A stretch of DNA of 64,000 nt from Candidatus Latescibacterota bacterium (GTDB lineage Bacteria > Latescibacterota > UBA2968 > GCA-2709665). The notes beneath the pieces were generated by a model. That model did not search any database, had not been told where the DNA came from, and saw only the letters and a program-made list of their open reading frames with translations. The stretch covers positions 1,408,001-1,472,000 of the forward strand of contig OZ252100.1 in NCBI GenBank assembly GCA_965248435.1, given 5' to 3'. Position numbers and translations under genes: made by a program. Below, piece after piece: positions 50,924-61,516 of this stretch; within the stretch, counting starts at the first letter, position 1, and the number at the start of each line of letters is the position of its first letter.

Positions 50924-51418
50924 GATTTTGCTGTTCTCCTTTCGTCTGGTACTGTCAAAAGTTAGCGTCTGAGAAGCCGGGAATCAAAAGAATAAAAGCT
51001 CGGTCTGCCGTCACGAGCTCCGCCGATCGCACCTCCACGCCCCCTTCCTCAGACCAAATTCGAATACGCCTGCTGACTCCGCGCCCTTTCCGCTGTCGCC
51101 TTGAGTGCGACCGGGGAGAAGTGCGTCCTCGCGGTGCCCCTTTCGTCTGCAGACAGCCCCACCAGGTCACCTGCCTTCGCCCAGGCTACTGCAAGACATG
51201 GCAACTCGACGATTCAAACGCCCCGCATTAGGCTGGCTCACCCTCCGCTACGCCCGACCCTGAGCTCGATTCCCTGCCAGGCTACGTGAGAACGCCGTTT
51301 ATTCTTCCTATCCGCTCCAGCGTCGTCTGGAACGGGAACGTCTCCGGCATGTCGATCTTCACACGCGCCAAGAGTGTTTCGCCTCTGCCTTCACGTTTTG
51401 CGTTTTGCGTTTCGCTGT

Positions 51419-52573
51419 CTACGCGACGATTTCCCCGATATCCAACAGGTACATCTGCCGCCCATCGCCTGAATGGGGCGAATCGATCGTCAGAAATCGC
51501 CCATCCCGGCTGCTGCGCGGGTGCGTGTCGCACCGCCACTCCTCGCGGTAGACGTCCGGGGAGTGGTATTCGCCCAGCTCGACCCTTCTGCTCGTGCGAA
51601 CGTGGTAGAGATAGGGACGCTGTATCCGGTCCGGCCCCGGGTAGGTGTCGTTCACGACCCAGTCCCGGTTGGGCAGGTAGCTGACGTGCCCGCCGAGGGC
51701 CCGTGCCTCGTGCCCACCCAGTGAAACGTCTCCGCCCTGCCGGTCCTCGAACAGGTAGACGCCCGGGCCGTTGGATGGTTGATCCGACTCGGCCAGAATG
51801 TGGTCCGGATCGCGCCAGATGAAGTGTCCGGTCAGCCCGTTGTCGTCGACGACCCGCAGGTCACTCCCGTCGGGGTTGGCCGTCAGCATACGCGTCCGTC
51901 GGCTGGCATCGGGAAAGCGCCAGCGGTGCAGAAAGACGAATCGGCTTCCGTCCGTGTTGACCAGCAGGTGATTGACGTAGTGCTTCACGTCGGTCGGGTC
52001 TCCGGGAAGGTCGCCGGTCGCGGCGATCTCGGCGATCGACAGGATCAGCTCCGACTCGCCCGTTTCCAGGTCCACCCGCCAGACGCCCGATGTGTCGGGA
52101 GCCACGTCGTCGGCCACCGGGTCGGCGATACCGACGTAGCCGTAGCCCGGCCGCACGTCCTGGATCCGGGCGAAGTCTGCGGAAACGCCCCACGTGCCGT
52201 CAGGGCTCACGGCGTAGACGGCGCGCCCGGCCGTCGTCGGCTCACCGTCGAAAACGTCCATCGTCCTGCAGACGTAACGACCGTCTTCGCGATCGTTCCA
52301 GACGATCGTCGAGGCCGTGCCGGGCAGCCATTGCAGCATGCATCCCTGCTGCCAGCACCAGGCCGTTGTCGTGCCGACCTCGATCCACCGGTCGCCGTCT
52401 TCCAGGTCGACCATGCCGATGCGGATGGCCTCCTCCGGCCTCGGCGTCCGGTGCTCGAAGTCGACTTCCATCCCCAGCACGTATCGGTCGGTCGGGTCGA
52501 ACTGCAGCTTGTCGTAGTACCCGAACCAGTGGTGCTTGGGCCCCCGCGTGATCATCCGACAGCAGGCGGTCAT
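51419..52573 (-). CDS. TolB/Ogl-like beta-propeller hypothetical protein
   Basis: HHWFGYYDK, WCWQQGCMLQW, FLHRW, RCDTHPR..IDS. Confidence 0.78.
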   Translation of the reverse strand: MTACCRMITRGPKHHWFGYYDKLQFDPTDRYVLGMEVDFEHRTPRPEEAIRIGMVDLEDGDRWIEVGTTTAWCWQQGCMLQWLPGTASTIVWNDREDGRYVCRTMDVFDGEPTTAGRAVYAVSPDGTWGVSADFARIQDVRPGYGYVGIADPVADDVAPDTSGVWRVDLETGESELILSIAEIAATGDLPGDPTDVKHYVNHLLVNTDGSRFVFLHRWRFPDASRRTRMLTANPDGSDLRVVDDNGLTGHFIWRDPDHILAESDQPSNGPGVYLFEDRQGGDVSLGGHEARALGGHVSYLPNRDWVVNDTYPGPDRIQRPYLYHVRTSRRVELGEYHSPDVYREEWRCDTHPRSSRDGRFLTIDSPHSGDGRQMYLLDIGEIVA

Positions 52574-52623
52574 GCCAGGCTCCTCTATCGGGTCGTAATT
52601 CAATCTATAGGGCGTCGACAGGC

Positions 52624-53022
52624 CTACGTCGGGCACACGACGGTCTTCAGACCCTCGCGCCGCGCCGCCACCTCGAACGCCTCTGCGGTATCGAAAGACA
52701 CTTTCCACGGGTAGTTCCCGAAGGCGTAGACGTCGCGTCCGCACGACGGGCAGCCCAGGTTCGCGTTGACGTGGATTCCTCGCGGCACCTCCTGACCCGT
52801 GATCAGGTTCCAGATCTCCTCGTCGGACATCGCGAGCCACGGCTCGCATCGTCTCTCGACGGCCAGTTCCGCCTTTGCCCAGTCGTAGCGCTTCACGTTT
52901 TCACGCGCGTTCTGAATCTGCTCCGCCGTCCAAAGCGAGGTCCCGTCCTTCGCGGCAGCGATCTTAACAAACGTGCAGATGAAGACGAGTACCACTGCGA
53001 CCATCACCAAGAACTCCATCAT
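52624..53022 (-). pseudogene. truncated N-terminus of a large secreted (heparinase II/III-like) protein, apparently fused to a dehydrogenase C-terminal tail
   Basis: signal peptide, NARENVKRYDWA, GCPSCG..YPW, then abruptly AEAFEVAARREGLKTVVCP*. Confidence 0.55.
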
Positions 53023-53105
53023 CGGCCTCCCGGAAGGCTGTAAAGCCGCCACTGCCACTTACTTGAGTATTGAGAATCGAGCATTGAACATTGAGAATTG
53101 AGGCC

Positions 53106-55082
53106 TCAATTCAGCAGCTTTGCGCTAAGCCCGTACTTTTCCATTTCGCGCCTCACCCTTCTCACGGGTTTCATATCCGGCCCCCACGGCTGGACGATCG
53201 ACGCTCGTTTACCGAGCGCGCGAATGCAGTCCGGTATGTCGAGCTGCCGCAGCGCGCCGCGAAGGAAGTTCGCGTGGGGCCACGCAACGATGGGGACGGA
53301 CGTCCATTGCAAGAAGGAGAGAGGAGCGTTCTTCAGCGTGACGTCTCCGACGGATTTATGAAGGAGTCCTGCGAAGAGAGCGATAAGGGCGCCTTGACCG
53401 CGCCCTGCCAGATGGACCTTCTTCGCGCCCTCGCGGACGAGAAGGTCGAGCGTCGAGAGGACGTCGTGGACGCGCCGACCGACATAGCTCTCCCCGAGCA
53501 TCTCCGCGTGACTGTTCATCATGTAGTCCATCCCGTAGGCCTGGAAGAAGTCGCCGACCCCGTCGTCGGGGAGCGATTCGCCGAGCCCTCGGACGTCGAT
53601 CGCGTAAAGCGGAGCGGATCGGGCGAGGGAGGCCGCAAGCGCGTCGGAGGTGAGGTCTTCCTCGCTGGATGTGTGTGGTATGAAGAGATGGACTGCCGGC
53701 TCGACGTCCAGTGAGACGGAGTGCCGGGTGGTCATGCGCTTTCGGAGGATCGCGCGGATGTCGCCTTCCGTCTCAATGGCGTAGCGCGCGTGGGTCTGTC
53801 CCTCGAGTCGATCCGGGCGAAGCACGCGGTAATGCGGCGCGGGACCTCTTCTGGGCAGGACGAGAAGCCTCTTGAGTCTGCGACGGACCTCGGTTCTGCT
53901 GAGCCGCTTTCGCATCGATGCGGCGTCCTCGGCGGACCTCTTGATCATCTGGTAGATCGGTGTCGCCCCCGCGGGTATCACCTCGCCTTTAGGTGTCGCG
54001 TTGAGCTCAGGAGCATCGACAAGCGGCGCCTTTTTCAAAGGGCGATAGGGCCGGACGCCCGCCTGCTTGCAGAAGAAGCGAACCATGGCCTCCTGGTTGT
54101 GGACCGAGTAGCCATGGCCCTGAGGACCGATGAAGAAATCCGTTTTCGACTTCGCGCCGAGAACGTCGTAAAAGTGGCGGATCTCCTGGTATGCGGTCCG
54201 AAGTCCGCGCCGATCGAAGTAGTCGTAGGTCTGGCCGAGAAGCATGACCGGCTGTGGGGCCCTCGCGATGAGGAAGTCGGCCATGTCCAGGCCGGCCCCG
54301 ATAACCCCTGGCGGATACTGCTCCGCGTCGGCAGGAAGCTCGTTCTCGAGGTTGTTCTGGAAGGAGGTGACGAAGCAGCTCGGCGCGGCCATCGTGAAGC
54401 GAGGCTCCCAGGCCCAGGTCCAAGTCGTCATCGTGCCGCCGCCCGAGTTTCCGGTAAGTCCGACACGAGTGGGATCCACTTCCGGTCTGGTGAGGAGGTA
54501 GTCGAGTGCTCTGACCGCGTCCCAGGCCCTCCAGGCGCCGAACCAGTCTCCGAGGAGGTCGAGCTGCTTGCCCATCATGTTGTGGGCGCGCGTGCACGCG
54601 CGGACGGACTCTCGGTCCTTTAAGCCATAGTACTGGTCGCGTTCCCCCTGGTTGAACGGGTCGAAGATGAGGGCGACGAATCCGTTGTGTGCAAGCCGCT
54701 GACAGAAACCTTGATACAGCGGCTCCTGCTTCCCCGCCATGCTGTGACCGCAGGACCCGATAACTCCAGGCGCAGGGCGTTCGAGATCGTTGGGGATGTA
54801 GAGGTTGGCCGTCACCAGACATCCGGGTCGGCTCTGGAAGAGGACCTTCTCGGTGCGATGGGCGCGACGTTCGACGACGCCGGTGATCTGCACCTCGAGG
54901 GGCGTCTTCTTCGGCCGTGGTCCGAACGCCTTTCGGATCGCGCGTTGAACGTCGGCCTGATAGCTCAGGGCTTGTCGGCGCGACCGTATCGAAGCGAGCC
55001 GCTCGGACCTCTGCGCGCCAAGATCCCGGATCCGCGACACGTAGTCGTCGAGGACCATGTGGGCATAGCCGTTGTGGGGCAT
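53106..55082 (-). CDS. tandem alpha/beta-hydrolase (acetylxylan esterase-like), paralog of 45010-47187
   Basis: ANLYIP, CGHS..GK, DPFNQGER, GNSGGGTMT, DAEQ, HGY. Confidence 0.87.
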   Translation of the reverse strand: MPHNGYAHMVLDDYVSRIRDLGAQRSERLASIRSRRQALSYQADVQRAIRKAFGPRPKKTPLEVQITGVVERRAHRTEKVLFQSRPGCLVTANLYIPNDLERPAPGVIGSCGHSMAGKQEPLYQGFCQRLAHNGFVALIFDPFNQGERDQYYGLKDRESVRACTRAHNMMGKQLDLLGDWFGAWRAWDAVRALDYLLTRPEVDPTRVGLTGNSGGGTMTTWTWAWEPRFTMAAPSCFVTSFQNNLENELPADAEQYPPGVIGAGLDMADFLIARAPQPVMLLGQTYDYFDRRGLRTAYQEIRHFYDVLGAKSKTDFFIGPQGHGYSVHNQEAMVRFFCKQAGVRPYRPLKKAPLVDAPELNATPKGEVIPAGATPIYQMIKRSAEDAASMRKRLSRTEVRRRLKRLLVLPRRGPAPHYRVLRPDRLEGQTHARYAIETEGDIRAILRKRMTTRHSVSLDVEPAVHLFIPHTSSEEDLTSDALAASLARSAPLYAIDVRGLGESLPDDGVGDFFQAYGMDYMMNSHAEMLGESYVGRRVHDVLSTLDLLVREGAKKVHLAGRGQGALIALFAGLLHKSVGDVTLKNAPLSFLQWTSVPIVAWPHANFLRGALRQLDIPDCIRALGKRASIVQPWGPDMKPVRRVRREMEKYGLSAKLLN

Positions 55083-55161
55083 TCGCTGCTCCTCGGGAAG
55101 GTAGACGATGACACCGCAATATAAGGGCCGTACACCAACATTGGGAGCGGCGAGGGGAGGG

Positions 55162-55248
55162 CTAGAACTCGAACTCCAGCCCTCCGACGGGGAGCAGGGA
55201 GAACTGAGTCGAGGTGTCGATTGCGTCGGTCTCGTAGGCCTGACGTTC
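55162..55248 (-). pseudogene. orphan C-terminal tail of an outer-membrane (TonB-receptor-like) protein
   Basis: translates ...QFSLLPVGGLEFEF*, a beta-signal ending in Phe; no upstream gene. Confidence 0.5.
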
Positions 55249-55282
55249 GAGATACGAGATACGGTTCTTTACCCGCGAACGT

Positions 55283-56917
55283 CTATGCCTTGAAGCAGAA
55301 CGAATACAGCCGGGCGTCCCGCATGTAGAACTTGAGACGTATCGTCCGGCCTTTCAAGTCCCCGATTTTCGATCCTGACTTCCAGGTGACGGGGATGCTG
55401 AACCCGTTTTCGCTGATCTCCGCAGCGTCCTTGCAGTAAAAGCCATCAATCCTCTCTCCGTCCGGTTCAACCGCTTCGACTTTCAACAAACCCCGGCGGG
55501 CGTCGGCATTCACCTCGAGACGGTCACCTTCGACAACGAACGGTTTTGTCATCAGCACACCCAGCTCGTCGCCGGCGGTTCTGGCCACCAATCTCTCCTT
55601 AGGGAGTCGGGCGATCCCGACGGTGTGATGTGGGATGTGTTCAACAGGTGCGGCGTTGTGGCCGGTCCAACATCCCGTGTAGTAAATACGGAGCTCGTCG
55701 CCGTACGGAATCAGGGGCTGGTGAGCGGCATATATGGTGCCGCCGTCGAAGTCGCCGACATAACCCCTCTGGATGAACACCGGTCGGTTGGCCAGCCGCT
55801 CCCAGTGAAATCCGTCGCGGCTGAAGGCCAGGTGCAGCTCGAAGATCTCGGGTTCATCGGGCGAGCCGGGCAGCCTTCTCGGCCCCCAGGAGTAGTAGAC
55901 CTGAAGCATGCCGATGTAGAGCCCTTTGTAAAGCGTGACATCCATGTTGTACAGCCTGGGGGGATCGAGCTCGTCGGGATGTATGACAACCGACGGCTCG
56001 GTCCAGTGAATGAAGTCCTCGCTCTCGGCCCGGGCGATCCGACGGTTGCAGCCGCGGTGACGGCCCCGGGAGATGCGCAGAGACCGGGTGCCTGTATACG
56101 GAAATACCTTCAGATACCGATGAATGTAATCCTCGGTCTCCCAGCGGTTCACGAAATCCTCTTCCGCCGGAAACCTGGGCTTTTTCGTCACATCTTGAAA
56201 CTCGGTTTTGTCATCCGTGTAAAAATCACCGGTATACACATCTCTGTCGGGAAACCCGAGTTCCTCGGGATCGAACTGATTGTCCAGTGGCAGGACCGTC
56301 GGCCTGCAGAACAGCACGTACTTTCCTAATTTGGGATCGTAGACGAAGGAGTTGCTCCCGTCCCGGGAGTTCTTCAGAACGGACTTCCCGGACGGGTAGT
56401 CGTTCCACCGAATACCATCGGGTGAAAATGCTGCAAACACCCTGCCCCCGACCGATCGGCGCTTGACGAGCATTTTATAGCGTCTTTCAGGATCCGTCTC
56501 GTGTGTATCCTTCAAGACGAAACCGCAACCCTCCTCGAAAACAAGATTGTTTTCCTTAGATCCCCTGTAGTCAATAAGCCCGAGGTTCGGGAACTCCCAG
56601 TCGATACCGTTTCCTGAGACCGCGTATCCTCCCCTGTACATGTAATTGTTGGAATAGCCCGGTGGAAAAGTGTCGGCGTTCTTGTCGACAATCGTGTACC
56701 AGAGTTTGAACAGCTTCTCCTCTTCGTCGTACATCACCGACTGGGCGACCACGCTGCACTCACCGACCTGCGGACTGGAATTGATGATGGGATTTCCCGT
56801 GTATTTCACCGGTATTTCCGGCGATCTTCTTATGTTCCAGCAGTCATCCACCGCGAAGTTGTCGAGTAAGAGCTGGGTTTCGCACCCGACCTGTATGATG
56901 TTCAAGCGTTCCGGCAT
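55283..56917 (-). CDS. GH32/43-like beta-propeller protein with C-terminal beta-sandwich
   Basis: QLLLD, NPI, FKLWY, S.DG..W repeats, RIYY.G, TKPF, VNADA, ARLYSF. Confidence 0.8.
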   Translation of the reverse strand: MPERLNIIQVGCETQLLLDNFAVDDCWNIRRSPEIPVKYTGNPIINSSPQVGECSVVAQSVMYDEEEKLFKLWYTIVDKNADTFPPGYSNNYMYRGGYAVSGNGIDWEFPNLGLIDYRGSKENNLVFEEGCGFVLKDTHETDPERRYKMLVKRRSVGGRVFAAFSPDGIRWNDYPSGKSVLKNSRDGSNSFVYDPKLGKYVLFCRPTVLPLDNQFDPEELGFPDRDVYTGDFYTDDKTEFQDVTKKPRFPAEEDFVNRWETEDYIHRYLKVFPYTGTRSLRISRGRHRGCNRRIARAESEDFIHWTEPSVVIHPDELDPPRLYNMDVTLYKGLYIGMLQVYYSWGPRRLPGSPDEPEIFELHLAFSRDGFHWERLANRPVFIQRGYVGDFDGGTIYAAHQPLIPYGDELRIYYTGCWTGHNAAPVEHIPHHTVGIARLPKERLVARTAGDELGVLMTKPFVVEGDRLEVNADARRGLLKVEAVEPDGERIDGFYCKDAAEISENGFSIPVTWKSGSKIGDLKGRTIRLKFYMRDARLYSFCFKA

Positions 56918-57087
56918 TTTCCAGTCCTCCTTAAGAATCAGTAATCTTATACCACGGGAATCTCCCGATGTGGAGCCCGCACGGTCTGAATCGATCTGTC
57001 ATCCAGCCGACTATATGATGCCGGCTCTGCAGTTCGCCGGTACACGTCAGGCATTGACGCCGGACGTGCCGGGGCTCATCTAATCAC

Positions 57088-58887
57088 CTAAAAAGAAAGC
57101 TGGCTCCTGTGCAGCGTCAAGGAATAGACAATTTCTCCATCGATATTGACGATTTTATACGTTACTGTCGGATCCTCGACTGTGGTATCGAATTCCAGCA
57201 GTCCGCACGAAGGTTTGGCATTGTAGGAAAAGAGCGCGTGATCCTTGGTTCCGTGACTTATCGGATTGGTCAGCTTGGAAGATTCGAACTCGTAAAAATC
57301 ATAACCGTCCGACCACGGAATCCGATAGGCATCCGATCGATGCCTATCCGCTGAAACAAGGACAACCCCCTCGACCCGGTTCTGGTGGATAAAATCGAAA
57401 AGTTCATTCCGTTCCTGTCTGAATCCGTTCCAGGTATCCAGGCTTTTCCCCTTGGAACGGAACTCCCACGGCACCGATGAGGCGATCACTTTGAAGGTGG
57501 CATCCGATTTGGTGAGCCGGTCTTTGAGCCACGCCTTTTGTCGCGGACCCAGCATCGTTGGGACCTCACCCGGGATATGAGGGCTTGTTCGGTAGTAGCG
57601 GCAATCCAGCAAGAAGAAATCGACATCGCCAAAGGAGAAAGTGAAAAACGTCCCTGGCAACTCAGGCAGATCCTCTCTTCCCGGATTGATCCAGTTCTGC
57701 TGAAAGATATCCCACGTGATCGGCTTGAATGATGCGTCCAAAGCGTAGACTTTGTGTTGACGCTCCGGGATGAAATCGGTGTCCAGATCAAGGCCATTCT
57801 GCCCACCTGCGGCGCTGGCATACGGCGACCATCCCTCTCCATTCCATCCGCCGGCCGCCGTATCAGTCACCTTCTCGGGCAAAAAGATGTGCAATCCTCC
57901 CTTCTGCCATCGACTGGCGACACTGCCAGCCCAATCGAAAGCATCCCAGACGTTCGGTCCCCCCCAGCTGTCGTTGTCAGAAAAATCATGATCATCCCAG
58001 ATCGCATATACCGACGTTGATGCCGTCAATCTCCGCCACCCCGGGATCGACTGTCGGCGATAGTAGCAGTACCGCTGCATGGCCGGCCGAAACGGATCGT
58101 CGATGTAGACGTTATCTCCCAACATCAGAAGCGCGCTTGGATTCAGGGCTCGAACGGTATCCCACATACGTTCATTTTCAGGAAAGTATCCCGCCCCACC
58201 TCCAAAAGCCACACGGAACTCAGCGGGAGATCCAGCCCTGGGAGGGGTCCTGAATTGCTGGTATGGTTCAGCGTGCAGGTCATCATCGATCTCGACGGCA
58301 TACTCATATCGCGTGTCGGGTTCAAGTCCATCGACACCGAGAGTGACTGTGTAATCTGAGGATTCAAGCGACCGAGCTTTTGACGAGGCTATCGAAAAAG
58401 TCGTTGACTGAGAAGGACGCATCTTGATTTGAACCATCGCTTCCTTTGCCGTCCTGACCCAGAAAAGAGCGCTTGATTCAGTAACGGAACCTATCATCGG
58501 GCCGTGAGTCGGTTTGATCACGGAGTCATCTATCAGCTCTCTTATGGCGGATTGTTTCAGCAATGGTTCCAACAAGAACCGGGGTCCGGCAACCAGACGG
58601 CTCGGATGAAGACCCAGATCCAGCGCTCGCTTTATGCGCGTTATCGCCGTGTCCACCTGCCCCATCTGGGCATAGGCCACCCCCATAAGAAAGTGCGCCT
58701 CCGCATCATCAGGATTTTCTTGTAGAAAGAGTTTTGCTTCCTCTACCGTCTTCTCCGGTTGCCGATCCAGTATCGCGCGTAACAAGGCCTGGTGATAGCG
58801 AGAGTATGTGATCGCGTCCGCGACCGTTCCGGTGCAGAACAGGGCAACCATCACGATGAACATCAGCTTTAAATTACCTCTCTTCAT
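57088..58887 (-). CDS. phoD: PhoD-family alkaline phosphatase with N-terminal TPR
   Basis: signal peptide, TPR-like helices, LGDNVYID, WDDHD, LLDCRYYR, SADRH. Confidence 0.88.
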   Translation of the reverse strand: MKRGNLKLMFIVMVALFCTGTVADAITYSRYHQALLRAILDRQPEKTVEEAKLFLQENPDDAEAHFLMGVAYAQMGQVDTAITRIKRALDLGLHPSRLVAGPRFLLEPLLKQSAIRELIDDSVIKPTHGPMIGSVTESSALFWVRTAKEAMVQIKMRPSQSTTFSIASSKARSLESSDYTVTLGVDGLEPDTRYEYAVEIDDDLHAEPYQQFRTPPRAGSPAEFRVAFGGGAGYFPENERMWDTVRALNPSALLMLGDNVYIDDPFRPAMQRYCYYRRQSIPGWRRLTASTSVYAIWDDHDFSDNDSWGGPNVWDAFDWAGSVASRWQKGGLHIFLPEKVTDTAAGGWNGEGWSPYASAAGGQNGLDLDTDFIPERQHKVYALDASFKPITWDIFQQNWINPGREDLPELPGTFFTFSFGDVDFFLLDCRYYRTSPHIPGEVPTMLGPRQKAWLKDRLTKSDATFKVIASSVPWEFRSKGKSLDTWNGFRQERNELFDFIHQNRVEGVVLVSADRHRSDAYRIPWSDGYDFYEFESSKLTNPISHGTKDHALFSYNAKPSCGLLEFDTTVEDPTVTYKIVNIDGEIVYSLTLHRSQLSF

Positions 58888-58924
58888 CTCTACACCTCTC
58901 AGGAGATCGTACCTCGTATCTCGG

Positions 58925-59046
58925 ACCTAACCCCCCCGGCCCCCCTTCCCTAAAGGGAAGGGGGGAGAATGGGTTCGCTTTGTCGATAGCCAAGAGCAAT
59001 GCCTCCACCTTCCCTCCCCTTTAGGGGAGGGACCGAGGGAGGGGTC
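58925..59046. repeat. REP-like double-hairpin repeat
   Basis: cccccttccc-taaa-gggaaggggg and ccctcccc-ttta-ggggaggg. Confidence 0.75.
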
Positions 59047-59204
59047 CAAAACGAAAAACGACAATCCACCGCCATTTCCGAGATACGCTTCACGAGATAC
59101 GGTCTTTTCATGAAAGGGCGAACACAAGGTTCGCCCCTACGGTTGAAGATTCGACCAACGAGGAACGACGGTTTTCTTTCCCGGTACCCTTGCCTTGAAG
59201 CTCT

Positions 59205-61259
59205 TCAGGACTTTCTTCGATAGAACCAGATGGCCGCGTTGCGCTTCGGCAGCGTGAACGTGAAACCCTCCCGGCTCAAATCCGCTCCCGAGATCTCCCT
59301 CGTTTCACCCGTTTCAGGGTTCTCGAAGGCGTAGGTTGCATCCAGAGAGAGCTCTTTCGGTTCGATCGTCAACGTCTCGTCCGGAGCGTCGGGGAACCGA
59401 AAGCCCTGGACAAATCCGCGGCCTGTCTCCGGTGTGTCGAACTGCCAGGCGACCCACTCTCTAACGCTGTGATGGAACGGGGTGAGCGGGAAATAGTCAC
59501 CATAAAGGACGAATTCCGATGCCCTGCGCCAGATATCGATCATCCTCCTCGCGAGGGCGTAGTCGTAATCGTCCCGGCGGACGTCCATCTTCGGCGTCAA
59601 CATCGCGGCCATGCCGCAGTGGAAGTCGTAGCTCTCCACGCGGTCGTTGTATCTCCCCTTCTGGGGGAGTCCATCGCGAACCGGATTTCTTCGTCTCCCC
59701 TGCGCATCGAGATCCCAGGAGCCCGTGCCCGACCTGAAGTAGGGGAACCACTCGTAGAGTGTGCGGTGGAATGCCAGCTTCACGGGATGGTTTCCGGGGC
59801 CGTGGTCGGTGATGTGCAGCGGCACGGAGCGACGCAGGGTCTCGAAGTCATTGCGGCGCCCACCGCCGGCGCAGGAATCGATCCAGAGGCCGGGGTTTCG
59901 TTCGAGCAGGTCATCGTAATACTGAAGGTAGCCCTGGGCGTGCAGGTTCTCGTTCATCCCCTGCCGGTCCGGGCCCTCATTCTCACGCCAGAACTGAAGC
60001 GGCTCGGTGCCCGCATCGTCCACTAAGTTGAGATCCTGTCTGTAGATCTTGATGCCGTTCTCCCGAATCAGCCGACAGACGTGGTCGGTCAGCCACTGGC
60101 GGCATTCCGGAATGCCCAGGTTCAACAGCCTGTGATCGTTGGCGTCCTCTCTCCTGAGCAGCCACTCCGGGTGTTCTCTGTCGATCCCGCTGTCAGGGGT
60201 TACCCTTTCCGGTTCGAACCAGAGCAGGAGGTCGGCGCCGCTTCGGGCCGCGGCGTCGGAGACCGACTTGAGCCCGTCGGGGAATCGTTCAGGATCCGGC
60301 TCCCACGTGCCGGTCACACCCCAGCTCCTCGTTTCACCGTCCTCCTTGTAACAGGGATACCAGCCGGCATCTATCCACCAGACGTCGAACGGAAGGCCGT
60401 GCTGTCTGGCCTTCTCCATACACCGGAGCTGGTTCTCCTCGGTGGCTGCCGTGTGTACCGAACCGTCATCCGTGCCGCTGCAGGACAGCAGCGGCTTCAA
60501 CGGCCGGCCGTTGGGCCTGGGAAGGATGTGGGCCAGGTACCACCGCCGCCACAGGTTCACCGCCCTCGAGGCATCTCCCGTCCAGGACAGAAGGGTGATT
60601 CGCGGCGTCCGGATCGTTTCGCCGGGCTGGAGGTGCAGGTGCGTCACCTCCTGACCCGCCTTGATGTGCACCCCCTCTGCGATGCGCTGGAAATCGACCG
60701 ACCACTGTCCGGGCCAGCCGATCGCCATCGTCAGGCCGCAGCCTTCGAACATCACACGGTAATAGGGAAATGCGCCGTCGCAGGGGCGGCCGCCGTTGGG
60801 GGCGAACTTGAGCTCTCCTTCGTCCAGGGGGGTCTCGACCGGTGCGTAACACTCGTCGGCGCGGTAGTCGCCGTTGCAGTGAACCACGACGGGAGCGGCG
60901 CCGCTAAACGCGCCATCGATCGCGAGAATGTCACGGAGGATCGGCGTGGCCTCGTTGCCGTTGTTCGTAAACCAGGCGACCCATTCCACGACCGGGAAGT
61001 CTCTGTACTCCGTGCACTCGACTCTGACGTTCAACCCGGTCCTGGCGTCATTGCCCTCAAACACCGTTTCGGAGAGGTTGGCGTCGATGCGGCGCCGGGT
61101 TGTGGACGGATTCCAATCTACCGGAAGTCCCGTTATGGCTTTCCCGTCGTACGTGAAGGAGAGCGGAAGCGCCTCGGGGCCGGAGATGAAGCCGCCCATC
61201 CACTCCCGGCTCTGCTGCAAGTCTTCAGGGCGGGTAGCGGCGGTGTGGGTTGCATTCAT
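59205..61259 (-). CDS. alpha-galactosidase-like (GH36/GH27 clan) glycosidase
   Basis: WWIDAGWY, RFPDGL, LWFEPE, YRQD, IDSCAGGGRR.D. Confidence 0.87.
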   Translation of the reverse strand: MNATHTAATRPEDLQQSREWMGGFISGPEALPLSFTYDGKAITGLPVDWNPSTTRRRIDANLSETVFEGNDARTGLNVRVECTEYRDFPVVEWVAWFTNNGNEATPILRDILAIDGAFSGAAPVVVHCNGDYRADECYAPVETPLDEGELKFAPNGGRPCDGAFPYYRVMFEGCGLTMAIGWPGQWSVDFQRIAEGVHIKAGQEVTHLHLQPGETIRTPRITLLSWTGDASRAVNLWRRWYLAHILPRPNGRPLKPLLSCSGTDDGSVHTAATEENQLRCMEKARQHGLPFDVWWIDAGWYPCYKEDGETRSWGVTGTWEPDPERFPDGLKSVSDAAARSGADLLLWFEPERVTPDSGIDREHPEWLLRREDANDHRLLNLGIPECRQWLTDHVCRLIRENGIKIYRQDLNLVDDAGTEPLQFWRENEGPDRQGMNENLHAQGYLQYYDDLLERNPGLWIDSCAGGGRRNDFETLRRSVPLHITDHGPGNHPVKLAFHRTLYEWFPYFRSGTGSWDLDAQGRRRNPVRDGLPQKGRYNDRVESYDFHCGMAAMLTPKMDVRRDDYDYALARRMIDIWRRASEFVLYGDYFPLTPFHHSVREWVAWQFDTPETGRGFVQGFRFPDAPDETLTIEPKELSLDATYAFENPETGETREISGADLSREGFTFTLPKRNAAIWFYRRKS

Positions 61260-61516
61260 TGCGGTTCTCCTTCGTCATCAGTCTTGAACCCCTTGGGGCA
61301 TTGGGTAGATTGCCTTCATCCTCCGTGGTCTGAAATTGTGATTATGCGGAAGAAATTCAGCATATCCCAGTCGTTGCCAGGCGTTGAAGGGGTGGATCAG
61401 CTTATGATTAGCCCATCATCCGAGCAAAGTGGGGAGATGTCTCATACTAAATACCTCTTTCGACAGGTTAGAGAAAGTTAAGCGAAGTCTACCATGATGT
61501 CCGAGCACCCGCCTAC

